DNA of 64,000 bases from assembly GCA_027251445.1 (NCBI GenBank), contig JAPNQO010000079.1, positions 1-64,000 of the forward strand, in the 5' to 3' direction. A program made the translations under genes and the position numbers. Shown here one piece after another: positions 9,269 through 20,057 of the stretch. This DNA is from Fidelibacterota bacterium. GTDB lineage: Bacteria; Fidelibacterota; Marinisomatia; Marinisomatales; TCS55. A model generated the notes under the pieces. That model did not search any database, was not told the origin of the DNA, and worked only from the letters and a program-made list of their open reading frames with translations. Positions within the stretch are counted from its first letter, which is position 1. Each line of letters begins with the position of its first letter.

Positions 9269-9762
9269 TAATTTTTATCCATTATTTTATCAAAGTGAAT
9301 TTTCAATTCACTATATGTGTCTTGAAGCCCTTGAACTTGAACCTTTGTTTCTCCAATAACGGGCATAAAGTTAGTATCTCCATTCCATCTAGGCACGACA
9401 TGAAAATGTATATGATCTTCAATTCCAGCTCCACCTGCAGCTCCAATATTAGCACCAAAATTATATCCATCAGTATTAAGATTCTTTTTCATGATAATCA
9501 TAGACTCATTAGCGAACCAAATTATCTCATTTAAAGTGTCAATATCTAGCTGATCAGTTGTATCAACATGGTTATACGGAGTAATAAGAAGATGCGCATT
9601 ATTGTAAGGATATAAATTCATTAATACAAACGAATGATTACCTCTGGATAAGATTAATGAATTTTTATCATTATTTGATTTTTGCTTTGAACAGAAGACG
9701 CAACCTTTTTCATCTTTATTTCTAATATAACTTATTCGCCATGGTGCCCAAAGTTGCCGCAT
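9268..9762 (-). CDS. HIT-family (Ap4A hydrolase/phosphorylase-like) protein
   Basis: LWAPWR, CVFC, NLYPYNNAHL, HIHFHVVPRW.GD. Confidence 0.92.
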   Translation of the reverse strand: MRQLWAPWRISYIRNKDEKGCVFCSKQKSNNDKNSLILSRGNHSFVLMNLYPYNNAHLLITPYNHVDTTDQLDIDTLNEIIWFANESMIIMKKNLNTDGYNFGANIGAAGGAGIEDHIHFHVVPRWNGDTNFMPVIGETKVQVQGLQDTYSELKIHFDKIMDKN

Positions 9763-9764
9763 AA

Positions 9765-11846
9765 TTATTCATTATCATCTTTTTGAGATTCATTAATAAA
9801 ACGCTTTTGTAATTCTTGAGGCAAATATTCATAATGACTAAAGCTTTCAGAGTGTAAACCTCGGCCACCTGTCAATGAACGAATAGCAGTAGAATAATGG
9901 TATAATTCAGATTGAGGAATTTTAGCTTTTATAACTTGAAAGCTCCCTTCGGTTTCCATACCCATAATCTTTCCCCTTCTACTTGATACATCTCCCATTA
10001 CATCTCCCATAAAATCTTCAGGAACTCTAACCTCTACATCCATTATTGGCTCAAGCAAGCATGGTTGAGCATTATTGAATGCATCTCTGAAGGCTCCCTT
10101 ACCTGCAATTTGGAATGCAATATCCTTAGAATCAACTGGATGCTGTTTACCATCATAAAAATCCACTTTTAGATCAACTACTCGATAACCAGCAAGAATT
10201 CCATCTACACAAGCGGATTGAACACCTTTTTCAACAGAAGGGACAAACACACGATCAACATTCTGGCCTACAAGCGACGAAACGAATTCTACACCTTCAC
10301 CTCTTTCTTTAGGCTCAATTCGCATCCAAACCTCGGCAAATTGTCCTGCACCCCCAGACTGTTTCTTATGTCTGTATTTAGATTCACCTTTCCCTTTAAT
10401 TGTTTCTCTAAAAGGTATCCTTGGTTTAAATGTATCTATATCAATACCAAATCTTCTTTGTAATCTTTGTATTGAAACTTGTAAATGCAATTCTCCTTGG
10501 CCTGATATAACCGTTTGGTGTAACTCTGGATCAACATAATAAATAAAGGTTGGATCTTCTTCATGTAAAGTTGATAGTCCAACGGCCAACTTTTCTTCAT
10601 CTCCTTTAGCTTTTGGAATAATTCCCATATGAATGTTAGAATTAGGGAGTAGAACTGTATCCATAATCACCCGAAATTTCTGCGAACAAAGTGTATTGCT
10701 TGTATGGGTATCTTTTAATTTTACTACTGCACCAATATCCCCTGCATTTAAACGATTAACACTCATACGATTTTTACCATTAAGCAGAAACATTTGACCA
10801 AAACGCTCTGATTTAGACCTCGAAGTATTTAGCATATCTACGCCAGCACTAACACTCCCAGAGTAAACTCTAAAAAAGGATAAATCTCCAACATGTGCTT
10901 CACTAATAGTTTTGAACACATATACTACTGGCTCATCACCATCTAAATTAACAGATATTTCTTCATCAGATTTTGTTGATTTTGCCATAACAGTTCCTCT
11001 ATCAACTGGAGAAGACCCATATTTAGAAATAAACTCCATTAATCTAGTTATCCCTATGTTAATTCCTGCAGAAGTACAGAATAAAGGGATAAAATTTTGA
11101 TTTTGTATTGCATCATGTATACCACTGCGCATTTCTTCTTCAGAAAGGTTCCCTTGTTCAAAAAACTTTTCAAGTAATGTATCATCTGATTCTGCAACAT
11201 ATTCAATTAACTCTTGGTGCAATTCTTCTACACGGCTTTTCCATTCATCCGGCAAATCTGACTCAGCATACTTACCACTCCCATCTGTATTATATGTAAT
11301 AAGTTCACTGCGAAGAACGTCAACTATCTGATTAAATCCTGGCCCAGCATTTACGGGCAACTGCATTGGAAAAACATTTTTACCAAAATGATCTTTAGCT
11401 TGCTTCAAGATATCATCAAATTTTGTATGTTCACGATCTAGACCATTGATAACTAATACTTTTGGTATATTATTTTTTGATGCAAATGACCAGACTTGTT
11501 CTGTTCCAACTTCAATACCATTCACAGAATGCAAAAGAACAACAGCCATATCAACAACAGCTAATGAACTGATAGCTTCTCCTATAAAGTCCAAATAACC
11601 TGGTGTATCTATAATATTAAACTTTTTGTTCATCCATTCAAGATGAAGTGGAGATGAATGGATTGAAATTTGTCTTTCATGTTCATCATGATGGTAATCT
11701 GAAACCGTATTCTTATCTTCAATAGATCCCATACGATTTATTTCTCCTGCGCAGGAAAGCATAGCTTCACAAAGCATAGTTTTGCCTGAAGCACCATGTC
11801 CCACGATAGCAAAGTTCCTTATATCTCCAGATGTAAATTCTTTCAT
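9765..11846 (-). CDS. fusA: Elongation factor G paralogue (EF-G II type)
   Basis: GHGASGKT, DTPGYLDF, GQGELHL, KKQSGGAGQFA, LLEPIM; standalone, outside the str operon. Confidence 0.92.
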   Translation of the reverse strand: MKEFTSGDIRNFAIVGHGASGKTMLCEAMLSCAGEINRMGSIEDKNTVSDYHHDEHERQISIHSSPLHLEWMNKKFNIIDTPGYLDFIGEAISSLAVVDMAVVLLHSVNGIEVGTEQVWSFASKNNIPKVLVINGLDREHTKFDDILKQAKDHFGKNVFPMQLPVNAGPGFNQIVDVLRSELITYNTDGSGKYAESDLPDEWKSRVEELHQELIEYVAESDDTLLEKFFEQGNLSEEEMRSGIHDAIQNQNFIPLFCTSAGINIGITRLMEFISKYGSSPVDRGTVMAKSTKSDEEISVNLDGDEPVVYVFKTISEAHVGDLSFFRVYSGSVSAGVDMLNTSRSKSERFGQMFLLNGKNRMSVNRLNAGDIGAVVKLKDTHTSNTLCSQKFRVIMDTVLLPNSNIHMGIIPKAKGDEEKLAVGLSTLHEEDPTFIYYVDPELHQTVISGQGELHLQVSIQRLQRRFGIDIDTFKPRIPFRETIKGKGESKYRHKKQSGGAGQFAEVWMRIEPKERGEGVEFVSSLVGQNVDRVFVPSVEKGVQSACVDGILAGYRVVDLKVDFYDGKQHPVDSKDIAFQIAGKGAFRDAFNNAQPCLLEPIMDVEVRVPEDFMGDVMGDVSSRRGKIMGMETEGSFQVIKAKIPQSELYHYSTAIRSLTGGRGLHSESFSHYEYLPQELQKRFINESQKDDNE

Positions 11847-11932
11847 TGTATCCTCGGATTATTATTAATAAAAACGCTAAGAATTGTAATTTAACTTGAT
11901 GTACAAATCAAGTTTTTTAAAGAAATAATTTG

Positions 11933-12199
11933 TTATTTTGATTGCGATTGCGACTCTTCGATAAATTCTCTTAGAGAAGGGACAATATAAATATCTGATA
12001 AATCTTTTTTACTAAATTCATTAGCTAGAATTTTTAATCTTTGCTCAATAGGTTTACGCTTATTGACTACAATAAAGTTCTCATCTTCTACTAAACATGA
12101 CCCTCCAGTAAAATCTCCCTTATCTTGCAGTAATTTAATATTGAGTTTTTCAGCAAGCTCCTCGAATAACGTAACTAATTTTTCTTTCTGATTGGCCAT
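11933..12199 (-). CDS. Conserved hypothetical protein (weak IrrE/ImmA-like N-terminal pattern, no HExxH)
   Basis: 88-aa ORF starting 2 nt after manC; KGDFTGGSCLV...IVVNKR motif. Confidence 0.65.
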   Translation of the reverse strand: MANQKEKLVTLFEELAEKLNIKLLQDKGDFTGGSCLVEDENFIVVNKRKPIEQRLKILANEFSKKDLSDIYIVPSLREFIEESQSQSK

Positions 12200-12201
12200 T
12201 A

Positions 12202-13257
12202 CTACAATAAATTTTCTCTATTATCCTTGAGATATTCTACTATTTTTTTTACTTCCTCTACTCTTTCCTTATTTACAACTAAAATAGCGTCATCTGTACC
12301 TACAACTGCTAGATCATTAACACCCAACAATGCAATAAACTGCCCCTTTGACTGCACGAAATTATTATTTCCTTCAACAATCATTCCATCACCAATAATA
12401 GTATTTCCTTCCTTATTTTTTGGACTAATTTCATGAATTACATTCCATGAACCCAAATCACTCCACTCAAATTTAGATTTAACAACATAAATATTATCTG
12501 TTTTCTCCATGAGCCCATAGTCAATTGATTCAGGAGAAATATTATGCCATATTTCATCAAAACTATCGCCTTTATCTAAGCATTTTTTAATCCTATTAAT
12601 AGAATCATATAGTTCTGGCATATGTTTATCCAAAGCGTTCATAAAAACATTAACATTCCATAAAAAAATTCCTCCATTCCATAAAAAATCTTTACTTTTT
12701 ATAAATCTTTTTGCTAAACCTAAGTGTGGTTTTTCTGCAAACGCTTTTACTTTAAATACATTTGAATGACTTTTTATTGATTTACCTTCATGTTGAATAT
12801 ATCCATATGCTACAGATGGAAAAGATGGTTCCATTCCTAAAGTCACGAGTCCTTGATTATTTTTTGCTATATCTATAGAAGAATTAATTGCTTTTTCAAA
12901 TTCCTTGTGACCTATAATTAGATGATCTGCAGGGAATACGCCCATAGTGGCATTTTCATCTATTGCTGCTATTCTTAATGCTGCTAAAGCTATACATGGG
13001 GCAGTATTTTTAGCTTCTGGTTCAATAATTATATTTTCTGGCGGAACACCTTTTATATTTTCTTTGATTTGAGTAGATAAATCTGATCTAGTTATTATAA
13101 ATATATCTTCAACTTGTTTTAGTTTAAGCAATCGATCAATAGTGATTTGCAACATTGATTTTTCACCTAAAATATTAAGAAGTTGTTTAGGGTTATTATT
13201 TCGGCTCAATGGCCAGAAGCGGGTACCACTTCCACCAGCCATAATTACACAATACAT
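12202..13257 (-). CDS. manC: Mannose-1-phosphate guanylyltransferase
   Basis: VIMAGGSGTRFWPLSR..PKQ, EP.AKNTAPCI, PADH, F.EKP, SIDYGLMEK, WSDLGSW. Confidence 0.93.
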   Translation of the reverse strand: MYCVIMAGGSGTRFWPLSRNNNPKQLLNILGEKSMLQITIDRLLKLKQVEDIFIITRSDLSTQIKENIKGVPPENIIIEPEAKNTAPCIALAALRIAAIDENATMGVFPADHLIIGHKEFEKAINSSIDIAKNNQGLVTLGMEPSFPSVAYGYIQHEGKSIKSHSNVFKVKAFAEKPHLGLAKRFIKSKDFLWNGGIFLWNVNVFMNALDKHMPELYDSINRIKKCLDKGDSFDEIWHNISPESIDYGLMEKTDNIYVVKSKFEWSDLGSWNVIHEISPKNKEGNTIIGDGMIVEGNNNFVQSKGQFIALLGVNDLAVVGTDDAILVVNKERVEEVKKIVEYLKDNRENLL

Positions 13258-13258
13258 G

Positions 13259-14920
13259 TTACTTATGTAATTTTTCTACATTTATCATTGGTAACTCTAT
13301 ATCCCAATTGCCACGTATTTCAATAGTATCTGGTATCATATAAAACCATTCAGCAGGAACTAGTGGTTTTACTGTACCAAAACTATATTTATTATCATTA
13401 TTGTAATCGTTAAAAATAGTAATAGTATACCTACCTTCAGGAACTTGATTAAAATGTAATTCTTTTTGTGAATTTACGAACGATAACTTTTTAAGTTCCT
13501 TATTTTCAACATTTAATAAGGATGCTCCTATTGAACTGATTTCTTCTCCTTCAATTGGAATCTTTAGCCCCCCGTATCTTAAAAGTTTCTCTGTATTAAT
13601 TTTTAATTCAATAGTTGAGTCCTGTAATATATTGTCATGTATTTTTAATAAATAATTTGTTTCAGGTTCCCAGTTATTTTGCGGCATTATATTTACCTGC
13701 ATTGGGCTAACAATTATTAATTTTTCTTTTACTTGTATCGTATCATTTTTAAATAGTTGATAAACAGTTTTATTATTACTTGGAATGGGTTTAGAAAACT
13801 TCAATTCTACAAACTCTCCTTCATTAAAATTATTTGGTGATATAGTAATATCTGTTTTAGGTGAGGTTAGATTTATTAAACTAGTATCAAAATCTGAAAA
13901 TGAAAAATTTACCGAGGACGAGTCAATATAGATTTTTTTATCAATATATAAATTATTGACAAAAACTTTAAAATTTTCTGGTTTCGTTCCCAATATAGGA
14001 TCAATAAATATTAAAGAACTTTCATCTTCCGGATCTATAAATGAGTTTGATACATTAATTATTTTATTATCATGAACAATTTTTAATTGATAATCTTTGT
14101 TTAAATTTTTTAATGAACGATTAAATAATATTCTTGCCCAGTTATTACCTTTCCATTCTCCATTAAGTAGTTTTAATTGATGATTCATATTACCCATTAA
14201 CATATTTATGTTTGTAATAATCTCATCATCTTCAACGGATATCATTTTATTCCAATTTAAACCAAATTTCATTCTGTTTTCATTAAGGAGCATACCTGCA
14301 AAATTTCTATCTAAGCATAAAATTAAATAATCTGCATTAGATAAATATTGAAAGGTAAATACTCCATTATTTGATACATCAGTCACGTAGGTAGGGTTTG
14401 TAAAATAAATATCTTCAAGATTATTATTTTTTATTTGCCATAAATGAACTGATGATTTTTCTTCGCTATAAACTATACCAGAAATGGAACCTTTAGAAAT
14501 TTTGTCCCCAGTACTATAAGCTAATGATATAGCATCAGATAATTCGACTCCATGCTCATCTTTTATATCTCTACTTAAATTAATAACATACGTTTGATCG
14601 ATTTCAAGATCATCTGGCAAATCAATAATTACTATTTCACCCTTTGATATAATTGATAAATCGTTTTGGAGAATGGGAAAAATACGAATCCCTTTTTCAA
14701 TACTATTTGAATCCATGTACTCCGAAAACTTTAAAACAATTTCTTGCCCTTTGTAATTTAATGATCCGCTTGGTGGATCTATGCTAACAAGGTAAGGTGG
14801 TGTAGTATCCTTTGGCCCACCGCTAGGTGGTTTTATCACTGCGCAGAATTGAATATAAAATATTGAAATAAAAACTATAAAACTTCGAAAAAGAAAATAA
14901 TAATTGCTTAGAGAGTTCAT
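13259..14920 (-). CDS. Ig-like (Big_5) domain-containing putative lipoprotein
   Basis: CA...PPSGGPKDTTPP N-terminal motif of the FCB Ig-like family; beta-rich repeats; C-terminal IEIRGNW. Confidence 0.75.
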   Translation of the reverse strand: MNSLSNYYFLFRSFIVFISIFYIQFCAVIKPPSGGPKDTTPPYLVSIDPPSGSLNYKGQEIVLKFSEYMDSNSIEKGIRIFPILQNDLSIISKGEIVIIDLPDDLEIDQTYVINLSRDIKDEHGVELSDAISLAYSTGDKISKGSISGIVYSEEKSSVHLWQIKNNNLEDIYFTNPTYVTDVSNNGVFTFQYLSNADYLILCLDRNFAGMLLNENRMKFGLNWNKMISVEDDEIITNINMLMGNMNHQLKLLNGEWKGNNWARILFNRSLKNLNKDYQLKIVHDNKIINVSNSFIDPEDESSLIFIDPILGTKPENFKVFVNNLYIDKKIYIDSSSVNFSFSDFDTSLINLTSPKTDITISPNNFNEGEFVELKFSKPIPSNNKTVYQLFKNDTIQVKEKLIIVSPMQVNIMPQNNWEPETNYLLKIHDNILQDSTIELKINTEKLLRYGGLKIPIEGEEISSIGASLLNVENKELKKLSFVNSQKELHFNQVPEGRYTITIFNDYNNDNKYSFGTVKPLVPAEWFYMIPDTIEIRGNWDIELPMINVEKLHK

Positions 14921-15621
14921 TGACGTTTCAAATTTATGGGAATTTCACTAATAAATGTCATATCTCTTTTGGTCAATCTAGCTTTAATACACCAAACATT
15001 TACTCCACAATTATATGCTTTATTTAATGCAGTACAAAAAACGGGGTCTCTGTCCCACATTGGTTGAAATACACTTGCATCTGAACGTTGAATTACAAAA
15101 ATAATTCCTGCCTGACATCCACTTTTTACCAGTTTAGTTAATTCCTGAACATGTTTTTTACCTCTTTCAGTAATTGCATCCGGGAATTTCGCAATACTGT
15201 TTTCGACAAAAGTTACTGATTTCACCTCTAGGTAAAATGGTTTTTTCTCTTTATTCAATAATAAAAAGTCGAACCTATGTTTTCCATATTTTACTTCCTG
15301 TTTTTCAATTCTAAATCCTTTAAGAAACGATATATTATTTGATTCAATGCATTCTTTTATGAACTTGTTGGGTAATGTTGAAATAAGTGAAACTAATTCA
15401 CCGTTAAAATTTGTAAGTACAGTAGTATATTTTGTTTTTCTATTTTTAGAATATTTTTCTTTTCTCAAAAATAATTCTCTACCAGGAGTAAGTATTTCTT
15501 TTAAACGACCAGGGTCTGGTAAATGACTTTTAAAATATTTATTGCCAACTTTCACAATTGTTAAAAAACGATTTGGTCTTTCAACAAAAGTACCTTTGAT
15601 TAATGGGCCTTCAATTTTCAC
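14917..15621 (-). CDS. sfsA: DNA/RNA nuclease SfsA
   Basis: RPNRF, H...PGRL.E, RFDFLL, EVKSVT, FPDA.T.RG.KH. Confidence 0.93.
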   Translation of the reverse strand: MKIEGPLIKGTFVERPNRFLTIVKVGNKYFKSHLPDPGRLKEILTPGRELFLRKEKYSKNRKTKYTTVLTNFNGELVSLISTLPNKFIKECIESNNISFLKGFRIEKQEVKYGKHRFDFLLLNKEKKPFYLEVKSVTFVENSIAKFPDAITERGKKHVQELTKLVKSGCQAGIIFVIQRSDASVFQPMWDRDPVFCTALNKAYNCGVNVWCIKARLTKRDMTFISEIPINLKRQ

Positions 15622-15712
15622 TATTAAATTTCTTAGATATTTATGAATTATTCCATAAAGGAGTGAATCGAATAATTGTTTTTTATTGTGTAAATTTGTT
15701 GTAGCAATTACT

Positions 15713-16798
15713 ATGCCTCTTGTTCCTTCATATATAAAAAAATTAGCGAGCTATAAGCCAGGGGCTAATATTGATGATATTAAAAAAGAAAAATCATTAA
15801 TAAATGTAATAAAGCTGGCATCTAATGAAAACTCTATGGGCCCATCCCCAATGGCTGTGTCTGCAATTAATAAAAGTATAAATAAAATTAATCGTTATCC
15901 TGATGCTCCTGGTAAAAAACTTCGTAAAAAACTGGCATCAAAATTTAATGTTAAATCTGAAAATGTAATAATTGGTTCAGGCTCTGAGGGTATAATGTCA
16001 AACATATTAAGAACATTTTTATTAACTGATGACGAAATTATAGGGGCAGCAAATTCTTTTATTGGGTTTCGTGTATTAGCTACTGCAACTGGCAGAAAAA
16101 TAAATTGGGTTAATATGAAAAATCATAAAATTGATCTCAATGAAATAATAAGAAATATTAATGATTATACAAAAATTATTTATATAGCAAATCCAGATAA
16201 TCCAATGGGTACATATATCACAGATAAAGAGTTTGATAAGTTTTATCAATCTGTACCTGAGCGCGTATTAGTTATTCTTGATGAGGCTTATTTTGAATAT
16301 GCAAATCATTTAGATGATTATCCAAATTCTATGACATATAGATATGATAATGTTATAACATTAAGAACTTTTTCTAAAGCATATGGGCTAGCGGGTCTAA
16401 GAATTGGCTATGGCTTCTCTCATGAAACCTTAATTAATAATTTACTGAAAGTAAAAGTTCCTTTTGACCCCTCTTTTACTGCTCAGGTTGGTGGGTTGGC
16501 AGCATTAGATGATGATGAATTCATGAATAAAACTATTAACTTAAATATAATTGAAAAGGAAAAAATAGAAACTAAGCTCGATGAATTAGGGATAAAGCGC
16601 ATACCTTCTGCAGCTAATTTTATAACAACTCATTGGGATACTGAAATAAAAGCTAAAACCATAACACAAAAAATGCTAGATCGAGGAATTATATTAAGAC
16701 ATTTAGTATCTTTTGGTTGGCCAGAACACGTAAGAATTTCTATTGGATTAGAAAATGAGAACGAAAACTTTTTACAAACACTTGAAAAAATTATTTAA
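15713..16798 (+). CDS. hisC: HisC-family PLP aminotransferase (histidinol-phosphate or aromatic amino acid aminotransferase)
   Basis: KLASNEN, NPDNPMG, DEAYFEY, RTFSKAYGLAGLRIGY; likely start ATG 15713; first gene of the Tyr catabolic operon. Confidence 0.85.
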   Translation: MPLVPSYIKKLASYKPGANIDDIKKEKSLINVIKLASNENSMGPSPMAVSAINKSINKINRYPDAPGKKLRKKLASKFNVKSENVIIGSGSEGIMSNILRTFLLTDDEIIGAANSFIGFRVLATATGRKINWVNMKNHKIDLNEIIRNINDYTKIIYIANPDNPMGTYITDKEFDKFYQSVPERVLVILDEAYFEYANHLDDYPNSMTYRYDNVITLRTFSKAYGLAGLRIGYGFSHETLINNLLKVKVPFDPSFTAQVGGLAALDDDEFMNKTINLNIIEKEKIETKLDELGIKRIPSAANFITTHWDTEIKAKTITQKMLDRGIILRHLVSFGWPEHVRISIGLENENENFLQTLEKII

Positions 16799-16800
16799 TT

Positions 16801-17889
16801 ATGAATACGTATAATATAAATGGGTTTGATTATTGTGAATTATATGTTAGTAATGCAAAACAGGCCGCTCATTTTTATCGTACTGCTTTAGGGTTCTTTC
16901 CAATTGCATATTGTGGTTTAGAGACTGGGTCTAGAGATCGTGTAAGCTATGTATTAAAGCAAAATCAAATTAGGTTTGTTCTTACATCGCCTTTAAAAAA
17001 TAATTCAGAAATAAGCGAACATATTTCAAATCATGGAGATGGCGTTAAAGATGTATCATTTACAGTAAATGATGCTGAAGCAGCATGGAAAGAAAGTACT
17101 GAGCGTGGGGCTAAAAGTATTAGAAAACCTCAGTTATTGTCAGATGATAGAGGTGAAACTATAATTGCTACAATTAAAGCTTTTGGAGATACAAACCATA
17201 CATTTGTACAAAGAGATAATTATAAAGGGGTTTTCTTACCGGGTTATGTTGTATTTGAAAATAATTTAATCGCTGACCCCACAGGACTTATTCATATTGA
17301 TCATGTTGTAGGTAATCAGCCAAATGGTGAAATGCAGACTGTCTGCAATTTTTATGAAAAAGTTTTTGGTTGGCATCGATTTTGGTCAGCAGATGACAAA
17401 GATATATCGACCGATTATTCAGCTCTGCGTTCAATAGTAATGGCAAATGAAAATGAAAAAATTAAAATGCCTATAAATGAACCTGCTAAAGGGCTAAGAA
17501 AATCTCAAATACAAGAATTTATAGATTATTATAATAGTCCAGGTATTCAACATATTGCTATGTCAACAAAAGATATAATTGAAACTGTTACAAAACTAAG
17601 AGATAAAGGTGTTCAGTTTTTAAATACACCAAATTCATATTATGAAAATTTATCAGAGCGAGTAGGTGATATAGATGAGAATTTAGATGTAATTAAAGAC
17701 TTGGGTATCTTAATAGATAAAGATGAAAATGGATATATGCTCCAAATTTTTACCCAACCTTTACAAGATAGGCCAACCCTTTTTTATGAAATTATTCAAA
17801 GAAAAGGCTCAAATAGTTTTGGTAAAGGAAACTTTAAAGCTCTTTTTGAATCTATAGAAAATGAACAGAAAAAACGTGGTAATTTATAA
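16801..17889 (+). CDS. hppD: 4-hydroxyphenylpyruvate dioxygenase
   Basis: IDHVVGN, SQIQEF....PGIQHIA, LQIFT, EIIQRKG..FGKGNFKALF. Confidence 0.96.
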   Translation: MNTYNINGFDYCELYVSNAKQAAHFYRTALGFFPIAYCGLETGSRDRVSYVLKQNQIRFVLTSPLKNNSEISEHISNHGDGVKDVSFTVNDAEAAWKESTERGAKSIRKPQLLSDDRGETIIATIKAFGDTNHTFVQRDNYKGVFLPGYVVFENNLIADPTGLIHIDHVVGNQPNGEMQTVCNFYEKVFGWHRFWSADDKDISTDYSALRSIVMANENEKIKMPINEPAKGLRKSQIQEFIDYYNSPGIQHIAMSTKDIIETVTKLRDKGVQFLNTPNSYYENLSERVGDIDENLDVIKDLGILIDKDENGYMLQIFTQPLQDRPTLFYEIIQRKGSNSFGKGNFKALFESIENEQKKRGNL

Positions 17890-17922
17890 CTAATAATTCA
17901 AATAGATTTTTAGACTATAGTA

Positions 17923-18906
17923 ATGAAATTTGCAACATATACAACATTTAAAGGGGAAAAGCCTCGTTTTGGTTTTTTAATTGAGGATAGTGTTGTTGAT
18001 GTGATGAGATCATCTATCTGGGTGAACGAAAATAATAAGAATTCAACTTTCCTATCCATACCTAGTACGTTAAAACTTGCTTTAAATGAATGGAATGAAA
18101 ACTTGACTAAACTTATGGATTTGGAAAAACATATTTCAAACTTAGACTATTCTTCCCTGCAGGTTAATGGAAAGTCAGTATCAATAAATTTAAATAATGC
18201 TAATCTTCTCCCTCCAGTTCCAAATCCTTCAACTTTTAGAGATTTTTACGCATTCGAACAACACGTTAAAGCAGCAAGGAAATTAAGAGGACTTGAAATG
18301 AATCCCGATTGGTACAAAATACCAATCTTTTATTTCTCGAATACAACAGAATTATATGGACATAAGGAAGATATTCCTTATCCCATAGGAACAAAAGAAT
18401 TAGATTTTGAATTAGAGATTGCAGTTATAATTGCTAATGGTGGAAAAAATATTGACAAAAAGAATGCAGATAAATTTATCGCTGGATATACAATATTAAA
18501 TGATTGGTCTGCAAGAGACCTTCAACGTGAAGAGATGCAAATGAATCTTGGGCCGGCAAAAGGTAAAGATTTTGCAAATAGTTTTGGTCCATATATGGTC
18601 ACTCCAGATGAATTAAGTGACAGTTGGAAGAATGATAAAATGAATCTCAGAATGACATGTTATGTAAATGATAAATTAATTTCAGATGGTAATACAAACG
18701 ATCTCTATCATTCTTTTCCTACAATGCTACAACGCGCAAGTATGAATGTAGATCTAAAGCCAGGTGATTACATTGGTTCTGGGACTGTAGGTACTGGATG
18801 TATACTAGAATTAAGACCTGAATCAATAGGTGGTTGGTTAAAAAAAGGTGATACTGTGCGTCTAGAAATTGATTGTATAGGCGTACTAGAAAACACAATT
18901 ATATAA
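17923..18906 (+). CDS. Fumarylacetoacetate hydrolase family protein
   Basis: RDFYAFEQHV, LDFELE, NDWSARDLQ, AKGKDFA, GSGTVG. Confidence 0.92.
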   Translation: MKFATYTTFKGEKPRFGFLIEDSVVDVMRSSIWVNENNKNSTFLSIPSTLKLALNEWNENLTKLMDLEKHISNLDYSSLQVNGKSVSINLNNANLLPPVPNPSTFRDFYAFEQHVKAARKLRGLEMNPDWYKIPIFYFSNTTELYGHKEDIPYPIGTKELDFELEIAVIIANGGKNIDKKNADKFIAGYTILNDWSARDLQREEMQMNLGPAKGKDFANSFGPYMVTPDELSDSWKNDKMNLRMTCYVNDKLISDGNTNDLYHSFPTMLQRASMNVDLKPGDYIGSGTVGTGCILELRPESIGGWLKKGDTVRLEIDCIGVLENTII

Positions 18907-18911
18907 ACAAT

Positions 18912-20057
18912 ATGCCTTTTTACCAAAAAAGAGGGGAAATACCGAATAAAAGACATATTCAATTTCGGGATAAGAATAAAAATTTGTATTATGAAGAATT
19001 AATAAGCAGACAAGGCTTTAGCTCATTATATTCTAATACTTACCATATTAATCCTCCAACCATAATTAAAAAAGTAGGTAAGTTTAAACAAATTAAAAAA
19101 GAACGGGCACAAGAGGCCCACAGACATCATCATATAAGATCATTTGACTTGAAATCTGAAGGTGATGCAATAAGCTCTAGACTGCTACTTTTTTATAATG
19201 ATGATGTAGACTTATCTATTGCCAAGGTAGATAAATCAATGAAAACGTTTTACCGCAATGGACATAATGATGAAATTATTTTCATCCAGAGAGGGTCTGG
19301 AAGTTTTTATTCTAACTTTGGAAACATGAAATTGAAACAAGGCGATTATGTTATTATTCCACGAGGCATAATATGGAAAATGAAAGTTGAAGAAAAAATG
19401 AGTCAATTTATTATTGAAACTAGTGGGCCAGTTGAGACACCTACAAAATATCGTAATAGCCATGGACAACTTTTAGAACATTCTCCTTACTCAGAAAGAG
19501 ATATACGAACCACTCAATTAGATAAACCAATAATAGATGGACCTTCTATTATAAAAACTAAATTAAATAATGGGTTTCAAGAATATGAATATTCTCATCA
19601 TCCTTTTGATATTATAGGTTGGGATGGTTACTATTACCCTTGGATATTAAATATTGATGATTTTATGCCTATAACTGGAAAAATTCATCAACCACCACCA
19701 GTTCATCAAACTTTTCAAGCTCCAGGATTAGTGGTTTGTTCATTTGTCCCTAGAATGTTTGATTATCATCCTGAAGCAATACCTGCACCATATGCCCATA
19801 GTAATATTGATTCTGATGAGATTCTATTTTATGCAGGAGGTGAATTCATGAGTAGAAATAATATCCAGGAAGGTTCTATAACCTTTCATCCCAGCGGATT
19901 ACCACATGGTCCTCATCCAGGAAAAATTGAAGAGTCAATTGGAAAAGAGAAAACTAATGAACTTGCAGTTATGGTTGATACATTTAAACCTTTATCTATA
20001 TCAGCTAAAGCAAAAGAAGCAGATGATATTGATTATCCAATGTCTTGGAAAAAATGA
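18912..20057 (+). CDS. hmgA: Homogentisate 1,2-dioxygenase
   Basis: Likely start MPFYQKRG at 18912; HPFDIIGWDG, HQPPPVHQTF, PYAHSNIDSDE, HP.G.PHGP. Confidence 0.95.
   Translation: MPFYQKRGEIPNKRHIQFRDKNKNLYYEELISRQGFSSLYSNTYHINPPTIIKKVGKFKQIKKERAQEAHRHHHIRSFDLKSEGDAISSRLLLFYNDDVDLSIAKVDKSMKTFYRNGHNDEIIFIQRGSGSFYSNFGNMKLKQGDYVIIPRGIIWKMKVEEKMSQFIIETSGPVETPTKYRNSHGQLLEHSPYSERDIRTTQLDKPIIDGPSIIKTKLNNGFQEYEYSHHPFDIIGWDGYYYPWILNIDDFMPITGKIHQPPPVHQTFQAPGLVVCSFVPRMFDYHPEAIPAPYAHSNIDSDEILFYAGGEFMSRNNIQEGSITFHPSGLPHGPHPGKIEESIGKEKTNELAVMVDTFKPLSISAKAKEADDIDYPMSWKK

Noticed and set aside
11896..11911. FNR box (TTGAT...ATCAA)
   Set aside because: The spacer is 6 nt, whereas FNR requires 4.
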